Source: Myxococcota bacterium
Lineage (GTDB): Bacteria; Myxococcota_A; Polyangia; Polyangiales; Sandaracinaceae
Direction: 5' to 3'
DNA: 64,000 nucleotides
NCBI GenBank assembly: GCA_036149055.1
Contig: JAYZQJ010000038.1
Coordinates: 12,343 to 76,342 of the forward strand
Part shown: in pieces, positions 1-10,262 of the stretch
How the letters are laid out: every line of letters starts with the position of its first letter
Position numbering within the stretch: position 1 is the stretch's first letter
The notes under the pieces: generated by a model
The model's input: the letters and a program-made list of their open reading frames with translations, nothing else
Databases searched by the model: none
Told to the model about the DNA's origin: nothing
Program-made: the position numbers and the translations under genes

Positions 1-47
1 TTCGCCGCGGATGCGCGCTGGTCGCCTTCTTGCGATCCTCGCGTCGC

Positions 48-3020
48 ATGGCGCGTCGCAGTGGGTCGTGGGTCTTCGCTCTCCTCATCGTGGCCTGCGC
101 GGGCGAAGGGGTGATGGAGCGACCCGACCCGCCGGCGCCGGACGGCGGAGCGCCGACGGGGGGCGACGCGTCCAGCCCCGACGTGCTCGACCCCGCGCTC
201 GAGGAGGGCGCGGGCCCGTCGGGGTGCGCGGAGTCGCTGTGCGGCGCCGACCGGACGGAGCTGCCGACGGGCACGGTGCGCCGCCGGAGCGCGCCCGAGA
301 CGGTGGTGCCGGAGCCGCCCCGGATCGAGCGGATCCTGCGGCAGTCCGAGCTGGCCAACCCCGGGTGCCTCTCCGACTGCCCGGCGGGGGCGGGAGAGGG
401 CCACGCCTGCTCGCGGGACTGCGAGGGGCGGGTCATCCAGCCGTCGCTGCCCGCGTTCCGGACCACCACCGATGGCCGGGTGGCGCTCACCGGCGGGGGC
501 CGCGCGGCGGTCAGCGCGTCCCGGCTCGACGGGCGCAACGCGCGCCCCCTCGTCGAGCGCGGGCTGAGCCTCCATCAGCAGGCGTTCTCCCGCGAGCTGG
601 ACATCGACGCGTCGGGGGCCCGCGTGCCCCCCGGGCGGCTGAGGCGCTCCGGCTCGCCGGACCGCTTCTTCTGCGGCGTGGACCAGGCGCCCCGCGCTTG
701 CGGCGACGACGACTGCTACGACGTGGTGCTCGTCGAGGACTGGCAGGGGAGCGGCGACGCGGAGTGCCCGAACGGCTGGCGCGTCTGCGGTCGCTTCGCC
801 GCCGCGCCGGTCCGCATCCGCGTCCGCGATCCGAAGACCGCCGACGCGGTGGTGGTCGAGGCGCGCACGACCGGTGACTGGACGGCGTCGGCGCCGTACC
901 CCGCGCACACCGCCGAGCCGATCGCGACCGCCGACGGACGGCTGGTGGTCTTCCGTCTGCTCGGGGGTCACCCGCTGCCCCGCGGCGTCGGCATGACCTA
1001 CGACTTCGTGCGAGACGACGGCTCGGTGCACCGCGGCGGTCGCTACAGCCTCAGCTACGTCTACAGCGACGACCCGTGCGACGTGCGCGCCTGGTTCTCG
1101 ACCACCGCCGACGGCGCGTTCCGCAACCTCCGCCCGCTCTCGGCGGCGCACTACGACCGGCGCCTCTCGCGCTACGGCTTCGCCGCCTATCCCCTGCGGG
1201 ACGCCTACGGCGAGCCCTTCGCGGAGGGCGACCTCGTGCGCGGCTCCTACCCGTGGATGGACCGGCACGGCAACAACGTCTTCTTCTCGACCATCCTGCC
1301 GGTGGGGATCCGTGACGAGACCGGAGAGAGCCGCTTCCCGATGGGCATCGAGCACCCGCGCCTCGGGCGGCCGACCAGCCGCTCGCCCCGCGGGTTCGCG
1401 GTCGCGGGGAGCTGGACGCACGGGAAGATCGTCATGCTCGACGGCGTGCTCAACAACGAGGACTACGGCATCGACGCCGGGGACACCCGGCGCTTCGGCC
1501 TCTACCGGAGCGCGGCCGGCACGGCGGTGAGCGCGCGCGTCGACGGCAACTCCAACAACCGCGCCTTCGGGACGCCGGGGACGCGCGGCAACACCCAGCA
1601 CATGGAGTCGCTCGAGAACACCCACGCCATGCACGCCGGCATGGCCCCGGTGACGCCGCGCGACGTCGTCTGGACCCTCGCGCGGGGTGACGTGCTCGAG
1701 GAGGTCGTCTTCGACGACATGGTCGATCCGCACGTGGTCCTCTTCGCGCCGATGAACGCCGCGTGGCGCATGGGCCGGACGCTCGGCGGCGGCGAGCAGG
1801 CGTTCGGCGCGCGGCGCGGCGGCTACCGCGACGGCTTCCGCCAGGAGGGCGGCGTCTTCGTGCACGACCCGAGCGAGATCGAGCTGCAGAACGCGGCCAC
1901 GAGCCCGGTCCTCCCGGTCGCTCGCCGCGGCGTGGTGCGCGGGGAGGCGCGCGTGGAGCCGGTCGCGCAGGGGGGCGTGCACGGGCGAGGGCTCTGGCTC
2001 GAGCCCGAGGCGTCGGCGCGCTTCGACTTCCCGGACGACGAGGTCTTCCCGGACCGCGCCTTCTACCTCTCGACCTTCTTCGACGCGCGCGCCTCGCTCG
2101 CCGGAGGGCGTCGTCTGATGGCCCTGCGTACCGGTGAGTCCACGGTGCACGTCGTCGTGCACCCGGGCGGCGTGTCGGTGCACCGCGGCGATCGGATCGC
2201 GAGCCTCCCGGTGGGCGTCGACCATCCGTGGCGCCGCGACGGATGGCATCACGTGGGCGCGCTCTTCGAAGCCGGCGAGGTGACGATCCTGATCGACGGC
2301 GACCCGATCGGGCAGGCCGCGTTTCCCGCCGTCACGCTCGGCGCGGGGGCGCGCGTGATCCTCGGCGGGGAGGGCGGCGGCTTCCCGGGCGCGCGCGGCT
2401 GGACGGACGAGCTGCGGCTGGTCGTGGCCGGCGCGCCCTCTCAGCTCGACGGGCCGAGCTCGGTCGAGCTCCTGTGCAACTACGCGCGCGGCACCATGGC
2501 CAGCCTCGGCCCCGCCTCGGACCGGTACGTCGACGCCGAGCGCAGCCCCGCGGTGCGCGCGCGGGCGGCCGCGGCCGGCATGCTCCTGCCGACCGAGCGT
2601 CGCCTCCGCTGCGTCACCGACTACTCGCGGGACCTGTCGGTCAGCGTGCGCCTGCCGGAGGGCGAGCGCTCGCTGCGCGAGGAGCTGCTCGAGCGGCTCG
2701 CGGGGGACGCGACGCTGCGCCGCGGATCGCCCCGGCCCGACACCCGCGGCAACGCCTTCTGCGCGAGCTGCCACGTGGCGTCCGACCCGCTGAGGCCCGC
2801 CGGTCTCGCCCTCGACGCGCTGGCGGCGGGCGACGTGCCGGTGGAGCGAGACGCGCGCGCGCAGCCGGGTCAGCCCTACGCGCGGTGGTCACGGCCGCCG
2901 CTCGCCCACGGGTCGATCCCCGCCGGCTGGCTTCAGGGCAGCGGCGGTGCGCCGACGCCCTCGCGCGCCCTGTCGCTCGACGCGCCTCAGCCGATCCTCG
3001 AGTGGCTCTTGCCCGAGTGA
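48..3020 (+). CDS. Large putative lipoprotein with a LamG/ConA-like domain and one C-terminal CxxCH (possible c-type heme) motif
   Basis: ATG at 48 gives a lipoprotein-like signal MARRSGSWVFALLIVAC. LamG-like segment WHHVGALF..VTILIDG..GWTDELRLV. FCASCH near the C-terminus. GC-rich third positions in this frame. Confidence 0.7.
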   Translation: MARRSGSWVFALLIVACAGEGVMERPDPPAPDGGAPTGGDASSPDVLDPALEEGAGPSGCAESLCGADRTELPTGTVRRRSAPETVVPEPPRIERILRQSELANPGCLSDCPAGAGEGHACSRDCEGRVIQPSLPAFRTTTDGRVALTGGGRAAVSASRLDGRNARPLVERGLSLHQQAFSRELDIDASGARVPPGRLRRSGSPDRFFCGVDQAPRACGDDDCYDVVLVEDWQGSGDAECPNGWRVCGRFAAAPVRIRVRDPKTADAVVVEARTTGDWTASAPYPAHTAEPIATADGRLVVFRLLGGHPLPRGVGMTYDFVRDDGSVHRGGRYSLSYVYSDDPCDVRAWFSTTADGAFRNLRPLSAAHYDRRLSRYGFAAYPLRDAYGEPFAEGDLVRGSYPWMDRHGNNVFFSTILPVGIRDETGESRFPMGIEHPRLGRPTSRSPRGFAVAGSWTHGKIVMLDGVLNNEDYGIDAGDTRRFGLYRSAAGTAVSARVDGNSNNRAFGTPGTRGNTQHMESLENTHAMHAGMAPVTPRDVVWTLARGDVLEEVVFDDMVDPHVVLFAPMNAAWRMGRTLGGGEQAFGARRGGYRDGFRQEGGVFVHDPSEIELQNAATSPVLPVARRGVVRGEARVEPVAQGGVHGRGLWLEPEASARFDFPDDEVFPDRAFYLSTFFDARASLAGGRRLMALRTGESTVHVVVHPGGVSVHRGDRIASLPVGVDHPWRRDGWHHVGALFEAGEVTILIDGDPIGQAAFPAVTLGAGARVILGGEGGGFPGARGWTDELRLVVAGAPSQLDGPSSVELLCNYARGTMASLGPASDRYVDAERSPAVRARAAAAGMLLPTERRLRCVTDYSRDLSVSVRLPEGERSLREELLERLAGDATLRRGSPRPDTRGNAFCASCHVASDPLRPAGLALDALAAGDVPVERDARAQPGQPYARWSRPPLAHGSIPAGWLQGSGGAPTPSRALSLDAPQPILEWLLPE

Positions 3021-6000
3021 CTCCGCCGCCGCGCCGCGAAGAGGAGGCCGAGGAGCGCGAGGAGCCAGCCGGCCCCGGGACCGCTCTCGCCGGCCGCGCG
3101 GCATCCGCAGCCGCCCTCCGCGGGAGGCGTGGTGCCGCCGTCGGGGGTCGGCGTGGTGCCCGCGTCGCCGCTGGGCGGAGGGCCGCCGTCGGGGGTCGGC
3201 GGGGCCGGGAAGCGGACCACCGCGCCGTCGCTCACGCCGTCGACCGAGGGGCCGTCCGCCGACCACGCGCGCACGCCGACGTGGTAGCGCCGGCCGTTCT
3301 CGAGCGGGAGCTCGGAGAGCGTCGCCTCCGTGTCGGTGCCCACGTCGCGCCAGCGCTCGGCGAGCAGCGGGGCGCCGCCCTCGTCGAAGACGCCGACCTC
3401 GTAGCGGAGCGCGCCGTCGACCGCGCCCCAGCGCGCGATCCAGGTGTCCTCGGTGGTGACGAAGTCGGCGTCGGTGGTCGACGCGGGCGAGGCCGGATCG
3501 ACGTCGATCACGTCGGCCGGGGTGGGCGCGTGCCGCTGCGCGATGCCGTAGAGGAAGCCGTCGGCGACCGACACGAGGATCTCGTCGAGGCCGTCGCGAT
3601 CGGTGTCGGCGAAGCTCGCCTGGCCCACCGCCACCCCGAAGTCGAGGGCGTGCACGAGCGCGCCGTCGCAGGGGCTCACCCAGTAGAGGAAGCCGTCGGT
3701 CGAGCCCACGAGCGCCGTCGGCGCGCCGTCCCCGGCGAGGTCCTCGTGGGCGACGACGCTGGTCAGCTGTCCGGCGAAGGCGCCGGCCGCGTCGAGCTCC
3801 GCGCGCGAGGCGTGGCGCGCGCCGCCGCCGAGGTGCAGCGTCGACTCGGTGCCGCGGGCCGCGCCGCGCAGATCCGTCAGCTTGAGGCGCGCCGGGTGCT
3901 GCCACGAGCCGCTCACCAGCACCGCGCGGTTGCCCGGGCACTCGACCACGCTCGCGTAGGGGTAGGGGCGGTCGTCGTCGGCGCTCTGCCAGAGGATCGC
4001 GCTCAGGTCGTCCTCGACGATCCGGATCGGCGCGAAGCCGGCGTGCAAGATCACCTCGTCGCGCGGATCGTCGTCCACGTCGTAGAGGGTCGGCAGGAAG
4101 TAGGAGACGCCGCCCACCGACGCGAGCTCGGCGCCGGTCGCCCCGGAGACCACGCGGGTCGCGCCGCCCTGCCAGTAGACGTCGTCGCGATCGTCGCCGT
4201 CGAACCGGCCCACGGCGAGCCCCGACGGCTGGCGACCCGAGCCGGTCTCGATCGGCGTCGCGTCCCAGATCGTCGCTCCGTCCGCGCCCGAGACGCCGCG
4301 GATGCGGGTGAGGCTGTTCGAGGGCTCCCCCCACAGGAACACGAGGTCCGGCACCGCGTCGTCGTCGAGGCGCGCGGGCACGAGATCGAGGATCGGCGCG
4401 TTGGGCGCGGGGGCCCGCCAGCGCTCGGCGCCGTCCGGGGTGATCACCGCGAGGTCCGTCTCACCGCCCGGCGCGCCCGGCGTCCGCTCGGTCAGGCAGG
4501 CGATCGCCCGGGAGCCGTCGACCAGACCGTCGACGATGCTCGGCGCGGTGGTGAAGAGCCGCTCCCATGCCCGCCGCGGCGGGGACGCCCAGCTCGCCTC
4601 CGAGGCGTCGAGCCGGACGAGGGCGCCGCGCGCGTCGGCCACCACGATGGCCTCGGGCGCGCCGGCCTCGAGCGCGGCGCTGAGCGGCCCGCGCCGGAGA
4701 TCCCGCCAGGCCCCGGACGCGTAGTAGCCGCCGGTCCGGAGCCGGGCGACGTCGAACTCCCCGCCCGCGACCGCCGGCTGGAGGTCCGGGTCGTGGATCA
4801 CCATGAAGCCGTCGCTGTAGGACATCGCGAGGATCGCGTTCGACGAGGTGACCGGCGGGATGACGAAGGCCGACTGCGCGCTCGTGCCGGCGGCGATCGG
4901 GTAGCTCGCCAGCTCGGTCAGCGCGCCGCCCTCGACCGCGTGCGCCACCAGCCGGCTGGCCGCTCCGGCGCGGCTCACCGTGAGCAGGTCCTGGTCGCCG
5001 TCCATGTCGAGGTCGAGGGTCACCATGAAGTCCGGGCGCGCCTGGAGCGACGCCCGCGCGAGGTCGCGCCCCTCGAACGCGTCGTGGCCGCCGAGCGACC
5101 AGGTCGGCGTCACCGCCGCGCCGTCGAAGGTCCAGCCCGAGAGGGCGGCGTCGGACCGGGTCACGAGCTGCCGCCCCGTGCCCTCCGCCACGTGACCCAC
5201 CGCGATCGCGTCCGGCACCGTCGCCCGGACCGCGCCGCTCGCCGCGTCGAAGATCCGCGTCTCCCAGGCGCCCGCGTCGAAGACCGACACGACGAGCTCG
5301 AGGGCGCCGTCGCCGTCGAGGTCCACCACCGGATCCGCCACGCGCAGGCTGCCGGTGTCGTCGGGCGCGAGCACGCTCGACCAGAGGATCGACAGGCCGG
5401 CGCCGCCGTCGCTGTCGAGCGCGGTCACCCGCCAGCGATCGGTCACCGAGCTGTTGTTGTCGAGCCGGACGCAGAGCAGCTCCTCGGCCGGGTCGGCGTC
5501 GAGCGCGGCGGGGTAGCAGAAGTTCCAGTACGCGCGGATGCCGACGTCGCCGCTCTCGGCCACCATCGCTCCGGTCGCCGGGCTCCAGATCCGGAGCGTC
5601 CGCTCGGTGGGGATCACGACCTCGGGCGGGCCGCTGCCGTCGATGTCGACGACGGTGATCGCGCGGCTGAAGCCGCAGTGCACGTTCGGCAGCTCCCACA
5701 GCCGCCGCGCGCTCCCGAACCCGCCCCCGAAGGTGTAGATCGCGCCGGGGTAGCCGCTGTTCACCCCGCAGCAGCCGCACTCGGCCACGAGCAGGTCCAT
5801 CGCGCCGTCGCCGTCGAAGTCGGCGACCCGGGTGCCCCCGAGCGTGCCGAGCTCACCGGCCGGCTCGGCCCACAGCTCCGCGCCGGTCCGCGGGTCGAGC
5901 ACGAACACCCGGTCGCTCGAGCTGACGGCGAGATCCTCCGCCCCGTCGCCGTCGAAGTCGGCCAGGCCGACGACCCCGGTGAAGCCGCGCGGGGCGCTGC

Positions 6001-6283
6001 TCCAGAGATCGCCGTCGGTCACCGTGCGCGCCACCACGCGACCGCCGGTCACCATGATCACGTCGACGCTGCCGTCGGCGTTCACGTCGAACGGCACCAT
6101 CGCCGACGCCCCGAGCGAGCCGCCCAGGTAGTAGCGATAGTAGGCCGCGGGGTCGCCGATGTCGCTCGCCCCGCGGGCGGCCCCGGTCCTGGAGACGTCG
6201 TGCCGCTGCAGGGGCCAGTCGGCGCGCGAGACGCCGGGAGAGAGCAGCGACAGAAGAGAAATGAAAGCCAACCCGATCCGCAT
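2987..6283 (-). CDS. FG-GAP/VCBS-repeat surface protein with a MYXO-CTERM sorting signal
   Basis: Signal peptide; many DxDGDG..DL repeats (DFDGDGAEDL, DFDGDGAMDL, DLDGDGALEL); FN3-like C-terminal domain; Pro/Gly linker; then GCGCRAAG..WLLALLGLLFAARRR. Confidence 0.85.
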   Translation of the reverse strand: MRIGLAFISLLSLLSPGVSRADWPLQRHDVSRTGAARGASDIGDPAAYYRYYLGGSLGASAMVPFDVNADGSVDVIMVTGGRVVARTVTDGDLWSSAPRGFTGVVGLADFDGDGAEDLAVSSSDRVFVLDPRTGAELWAEPAGELGTLGGTRVADFDGDGAMDLLVAECGCCGVNSGYPGAIYTFGGGFGSARRLWELPNVHCGFSRAITVVDIDGSGPPEVVIPTERTLRIWSPATGAMVAESGDVGIRAYWNFCYPAALDADPAEELLCVRLDNNSSVTDRWRVTALDSDGGAGLSILWSSVLAPDDTGSLRVADPVVDLDGDGALELVVSVFDAGAWETRIFDAASGAVRATVPDAIAVGHVAEGTGRQLVTRSDAALSGWTFDGAAVTPTWSLGGHDAFEGRDLARASLQARPDFMVTLDLDMDGDQDLLTVSRAGAASRLVAHAVEGGALTELASYPIAAGTSAQSAFVIPPVTSSNAILAMSYSDGFMVIHDPDLQPAVAGGEFDVARLRTGGYYASGAWRDLRRGPLSAALEAGAPEAIVVADARGALVRLDASEASWASPPRRAWERLFTTAPSIVDGLVDGSRAIACLTERTPGAPGGETDLAVITPDGAERWRAPAPNAPILDLVPARLDDDAVPDLVFLWGEPSNSLTRIRGVSGADGATIWDATPIETGSGRQPSGLAVGRFDGDDRDDVYWQGGATRVVSGATGAELASVGGVSYFLPTLYDVDDDPRDEVILHAGFAPIRIVEDDLSAILWQSADDDRPYPYASVVECPGNRAVLVSGSWQHPARLKLTDLRGAARGTESTLHLGGGARHASRAELDAAGAFAGQLTSVVAHEDLAGDGAPTALVGSTDGFLYWVSPCDGALVHALDFGVAVGQASFADTDRDGLDEILVSVADGFLYGIAQRHAPTPADVIDVDPASPASTTDADFVTTEDTWIARWGAVDGALRYEVGVFDEGGAPLLAERWRDVGTDTEATLSELPLENGRRYHVGVRAWSADGPSVDGVSDGAVVRFPAPPTPDGGPPPSGDAGTTPTPDGGTTPPAEGGCGCRAAGESGPGAGWLLALLGLLFAARRRSHSGKSHSRIG

Positions 6284-6302
6284 CGGGCCAAGATACCAGC
6301 GA

Positions 6303-9300
6303 TCAGCCCTCGGGCAGGAACGGTCGGAGCCGGGCGGCGAGGGTGTCGACGTGAGGCGGGTGCATCATGCCGACGTGACGGCCGGGCACGTCGAGCACGC
6401 GCATGCGCGGCGCGTAGGGCCCGAGGCCGCCGTCGCGGGTGGCCACCCAGCCCTCTCCGAAGCTGCTCTCGGTGGCGCGGAAGAGGAGCACCTCGCCGTC
6501 GTACGTCTGCGGCTGATAGCGCCGCATCGCCGCCACGTAGGCCGCCTCGCGCACGCCGGCGACCGCCTCCTCGTGGGCCTCGCCGCGCGCCCGGCGCAGC
6601 ACCCGGCGCGCCTCCTCGAGCGGCGCGCGCCGGATCGCGCGGAGGTGCGCCCGGGCCCACTTCAGCGGGGCGCGTCGCAGCCCGCTCGGGATCACGGTGT
6701 CGAACATCGCGAGCAGCGAGACCTCCTCGCCGGCGGCCCGGAGCCGCTGCGCGATCTCGTAAGCGAGCACGCCGCCGAAGCTCAGCCCGGCGAGCGCGTA
6801 GGGGCCCCTCGGCTGCCGGCCGCGGATCACGTCGGTGTAGGCCTCCGCCATCGCCGACACCGAGAGCTCGGCCGCCCGGCCCTCGCGCGCCTCCCGCAGC
6901 ACGTCCTCCTCCTGCGCGAGGTAGACGCCGTAGATCGGGCGATCGCCGGCGAGGCGCGACGCGAGCGGGTGATAGACCTGCACCCCGCAGATGCAGAAGA
7001 GCGGCGTGCCCTCGCCGTGGGCCAGGGTGACCAGCTCGCAGGGCGCGCGGCCGTCTCCGCGCCGGAGCGTCTCGGCCAGCTTCTCCACCGTGCGCGCCTC
7101 GAAGAGCGCGCCGAGCGGCAGCTCCACCGAGAACGCCTTGCGCAGCCCGTCGACGATGCGCGCCGCCGCGAGCGAGTGGCCGCCCACCGCGAAGAAGTCG
7201 TCGGTCACCCCCACCCGCGGCAGCTCGAGCGCCTCCGCCCACACGCCGGCGATGACCGCCTCGGTGTCGTCGCGCGGATCGACCCGGCGCGCGCGGGCGG
7301 CGAGGGTCGCGGTGCCCTCGGCGGCGAGCGCCTTCCGATCGATCTTGCCGGTCGGCCCGAGGGGCAGTGAGGCGTGCGTGCTCCAGCGGCTCGGGACCAT
7401 GTAGGCCGGCAGCCGATCCTTCGCGTGGGCGTCGAGCGCCTCCGGGTCCAGGCGCTCCCCGGACACGTGCGCGACCAGCGCCGCCCGCGCGCCCTCGCCC
7501 TCCAGCAGGACCGCCGCGTCCTCGACCGAGGGATGCGCTCGGAGCGCCGCCTCGATCTCGCCGAGCTCCACCCGGAACCCGCGGATCTTGATCTGTCCGT
7601 CGGCGCGGCCGAGGCACTCGAGCGTTCCGTCGGGGAGCCAGCGGCCCTGATCGCCCGAGCGGTACATCGGCGCCTCGGGGTCGACGACGTCGCGCACGAA
7701 CACCGACGCGCTCCGCTCGGGCTGACCGCGGTAGCCGCGACCCACGCCGGCGCCCGCGACCGCGATCTCGCCCACCACGCCGAAGGGCGCGGGCCGCCCG
7801 CCGGGGCCGAGCACCCGCGCGGCGGCGTAGGGCACCGGTCGCCCGATCGGCATCGGCGAGCGCGGCACGTCCACCCGATGGGCCGTGCACCACACCGTCG
7901 ACTCCGTCGGCCCGTAGACGTTCCAGAGGCTGCCGGTGCGGGCGATCAGCGCCTCGGCCAGATCGGTGGGCATCGGCTCGCCGCCGCACATCGCGGTCAG
8001 CGTCGGGTCGCCCTCCCAGCCCGCGCCGAGGAGGAGCCGCCAGGTCGGCGGGGTGGCCTGGATCAGGGTGACCCGGCCCGCCTCCACGCGCTCCCGCAGC
8101 CGGGCACCGTCGAGCCCCGTCTCCTCGTCGGCGAGCACGATCCGGGCGCCGACCATGAGCGGCCCGAAGAGCTCGAAGGTGGAGATGTCGAAGCCCGGCG
8201 TGGTGATCGCGAGCACCCGGTCGGACGGGCCGAGGCCCGGCACGTGCAGCATCGCGCGGAGGAACGCCGCCAGGTTGCCGTGCGTGATCTCGACGCCCTT
8301 CGGCCGGCCGGTGCTGCCGCTGGTGAAGAGCACGTAGGCGAGGTCGTCGGGCGCGGGGAGGGCGTCCGGAGGCGCGGCGTCCGCGACCTCTCGAACGTCG
8401 ACGGTCGGCAGCGCGAGCGAGAGGCTGCCGTCGGTCAACAGCGCGGTCGGCGCCGCGTCCTCGATCACGCAGCGGGTGCGCGCCTCGGGGTGCTTCGGGT
8501 CGACTGGGACGTAGGCCGCGCCGGAGAGCAGCACGCCGAGCAACCCCGCCGGGAGCTCGGGCCCGCGCCGGAGGGCGACGAGGACCGCGTCGCCGCGATC
8601 CACCCCCGCGCGGCGCAGCGCCCGCGCGATCCCGCCGGCGCGCGCCAGGAGCTGCCCGTAGGTGACGGTGACGCCGTCGGCTTCGAGCGCGACGCGGTCG
8701 GGGTCCGCCGCGAGCACCTCGCGCAGGAAGCTGGGCTCGACGACCCGCGGCGCGGGCGCGGCGACCACCGCGCGCTCGGCCTCGGTCAGCAGATCCACGT
8801 CACCGGGGCGCGCGTCGGGGTCGCGCACCGCCGCGTCGACGAGGCGGAGGAGATGCTCGGGGACGCGCTCGGCGAGCTCGCCCTCGAAGACGTCGCGCGA
8901 GAGATCGAAGGCGAGCGTCTCGCGGCCTCCGTCGTCGTACACGGTCAGCGAGAACGCCTCGCCGCCGTCGGGCGCGCCCTCCGGCCAGCGCTCCGCCCAG
9001 GCGAGCCCCGGCGCGATCGAGCCGCGCACCGGGGAGCCGCCGAGCGGGGCGTAGGACACGCGGTGCACGTTGAGCACCGCGTCGTAGGCCTTCGCGTGGC
9101 TCGGGTTCGAGATGCAGGCGCGCCCGTGGCGGAGCACGTCCTTCAGGTCTTCCCGCACCCGCGCGGCGAGGGTGGCGAAGGTGTCGTCCTCGCGCACCTC
9201 GGCGAAGAGCGGGCTCTGCTCCATCACCATGCCCACCACCCGCCGGACGCGCCGGCTGCGGCGGTTGGCGAGCGGGCTGCCGATCGCGACCCGGCGCTCT

Positions 9301-10142
9301 CCGCTGACCCGCCAGATCCAGGCGGCGAGCGCGGTCGCGTAGAGGACGTGCCGCGCCATCGGCTTCGACGGCATCGCGAACGGGCCGTCCGCGCAGGCCG
9401 CGTCGAGCGCCGCCATGCGCTCCGCGTCGAGCGTGACCTCCACCCGGCGGAGCCGGCCGGTGCGCGCGCGGGGGGCTCGCCCGTAGAAGGTCGGCACCGG
9501 CGGCGCCGCCTCGAGCCGCGCCTCCCACCAGGCCGCGTCCCGCGCGCCGAGCTCGCTCTCGCGGTAGGCGGCCTCGGCCTCGCGGTGGGTCGTCATCGGC
9601 TCGAGCGCCTCGCTCGGCGCGCCGGCGTAGAGGGCGGCGAGCCGCTCCCAGATCAGCGCGTGCGACTCGGCGTCGGTGATCAGGTGATGCTGGCGGAGCA
9701 CGACCACGTGGCGGTCGTCGGCGAGGCGGACCAGCGCGGCCTCGAAGAGCGGGCGGTCGAGCGCGAAGGGCAGCGGGGCCCGATCGGCGAGCCACGCCTC
9801 GAGCGCCGCCTCCGGATCGGGCGCGCTCCTCAGGTCCACGAGCGGCAGCGGCGCCGGCCAGGGCGCCATCACCTCGGGCCGCGGCACCTCGGGCCGCGGC
9901 GTGCCGTCGTCCATCCGGACCACCGTGCGCAGCCCTTCCGTCTCGGCGACGAGCCGGCGCAGGGCCGCCTCGAGCCGATCCCGGTCCACCGGCCCGTCCA
10001 CCCGGAAGCGCGCGACCATCACGTTGGTCGGCGCGCTCGGGGCCAGCCGGTGCTCGAGCCACACCAGGCGCTCCCGAGCGGTCAGGCTCGGCTCGCCGGC
10101 GGCCGGTCGGGGGGCGGCGTTCTGCGCTACCCGAGCGCTCAC
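6303..10142 (-). CDS. Monomodular non-ribosomal peptide synthetase (C-A-T-TE)
   Basis: C domain HHLITDA; A-domain motifs YVLFTSGSTGRPKG, NVYGPTE, YRSGD, QIKIRGFRVELGEIE; carrier domain FFAVGGHSL; thioesterase GLSFGG. Start codon uncertain (GTG). Confidence 0.9.
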   Translation of the reverse strand: MSARVAQNAAPRPAAGEPSLTARERLVWLEHRLAPSAPTNVMVARFRVDGPVDRDRLEAALRRLVAETEGLRTVVRMDDGTPRPEVPRPEVMAPWPAPLPLVDLRSAPDPEAALEAWLADRAPLPFALDRPLFEAALVRLADDRHVVVLRQHHLITDAESHALIWERLAALYAGAPSEALEPMTTHREAEAAYRESELGARDAAWWEARLEAAPPVPTFYGRAPRARTGRLRRVEVTLDAERMAALDAACADGPFAMPSKPMARHVLYATALAAWIWRVSGERRVAIGSPLANRRSRRVRRVVGMVMEQSPLFAEVREDDTFATLAARVREDLKDVLRHGRACISNPSHAKAYDAVLNVHRVSYAPLGGSPVRGSIAPGLAWAERWPEGAPDGGEAFSLTVYDDGGRETLAFDLSRDVFEGELAERVPEHLLRLVDAAVRDPDARPGDVDLLTEAERAVVAAPAPRVVEPSFLREVLAADPDRVALEADGVTVTYGQLLARAGGIARALRRAGVDRGDAVLVALRRGPELPAGLLGVLLSGAAYVPVDPKHPEARTRCVIEDAAPTALLTDGSLSLALPTVDVREVADAAPPDALPAPDDLAYVLFTSGSTGRPKGVEITHGNLAAFLRAMLHVPGLGPSDRVLAITTPGFDISTFELFGPLMVGARIVLADEETGLDGARLRERVEAGRVTLIQATPPTWRLLLGAGWEGDPTLTAMCGGEPMPTDLAEALIARTGSLWNVYGPTESTVWCTAHRVDVPRSPMPIGRPVPYAAARVLGPGGRPAPFGVVGEIAVAGAGVGRGYRGQPERSASVFVRDVVDPEAPMYRSGDQGRWLPDGTLECLGRADGQIKIRGFRVELGEIEAALRAHPSVEDAAVLLEGEGARAALVAHVSGERLDPEALDAHAKDRLPAYMVPSRWSTHASLPLGPTGKIDRKALAAEGTATLAARARRVDPRDDTEAVIAGVWAEALELPRVGVTDDFFAVGGHSLAAARIVDGLRKAFSVELPLGALFEARTVEKLAETLRRGDGRAPCELVTLAHGEGTPLFCICGVQVYHPLASRLAGDRPIYGVYLAQEEDVLREAREGRAAELSVSAMAEAYTDVIRGRQPRGPYALAGLSFGGVLAYEIAQRLRAAGEEVSLLAMFDTVIPSGLRRAPLKWARAHLRAIRRAPLEEARRVLRRARGEAHEEAVAGVREAAYVAAMRRYQPQTYDGEVLLFRATESSFGEGWVATRDGGLGPYAPRMRVLDVPGRHVGMMHPPHVDTLAARLRPFLPEG

Positions 10143-10217
10143 GACACGCGTCGATGGAAAGAGCTCATGTCACCCCTGCCTCTAGGTCCGCCTCGGGACG
10201 CCGCCACGGGGCGTAAT

Positions 10218-10232
10218 CACAACTGGGTTGCA
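10218..10232 (+). promoter_or_regulatory. Candidate Fur-family (Zur-like) operator upstream of the TonB-dependent receptor
   Basis: CACAACTGGGTTGCA is an imperfect GCAAC-N3-GTTGC palindrome 30 bp before the ATG. A similar site lies at 14272. Confidence 0.45.
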
Positions 10233-10262
10233 GGAGTGATTCGGGTCCACTATGAGGGCGCG

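Noticed and set aside
2987..6283. FG-GAP protein as the alpha partner of the integrin-beta-like pair
   Set aside because: It is more than 50 kb away, FG-GAP proteins are common in myxobacteria, and nothing links the two loci.
2228..7030. Very long alternative-frame ORFs (for example 2228-7030 +, 41425-45504 -, 45930-50663 -, 51754-57012 -, 58539-63965 -)
   Set aside because: These are shadow ORFs opposite well-supported genes. Stop codons are rare in high-GC DNA, and the translations are Arg/Gly/Ala-rich with no motifs.
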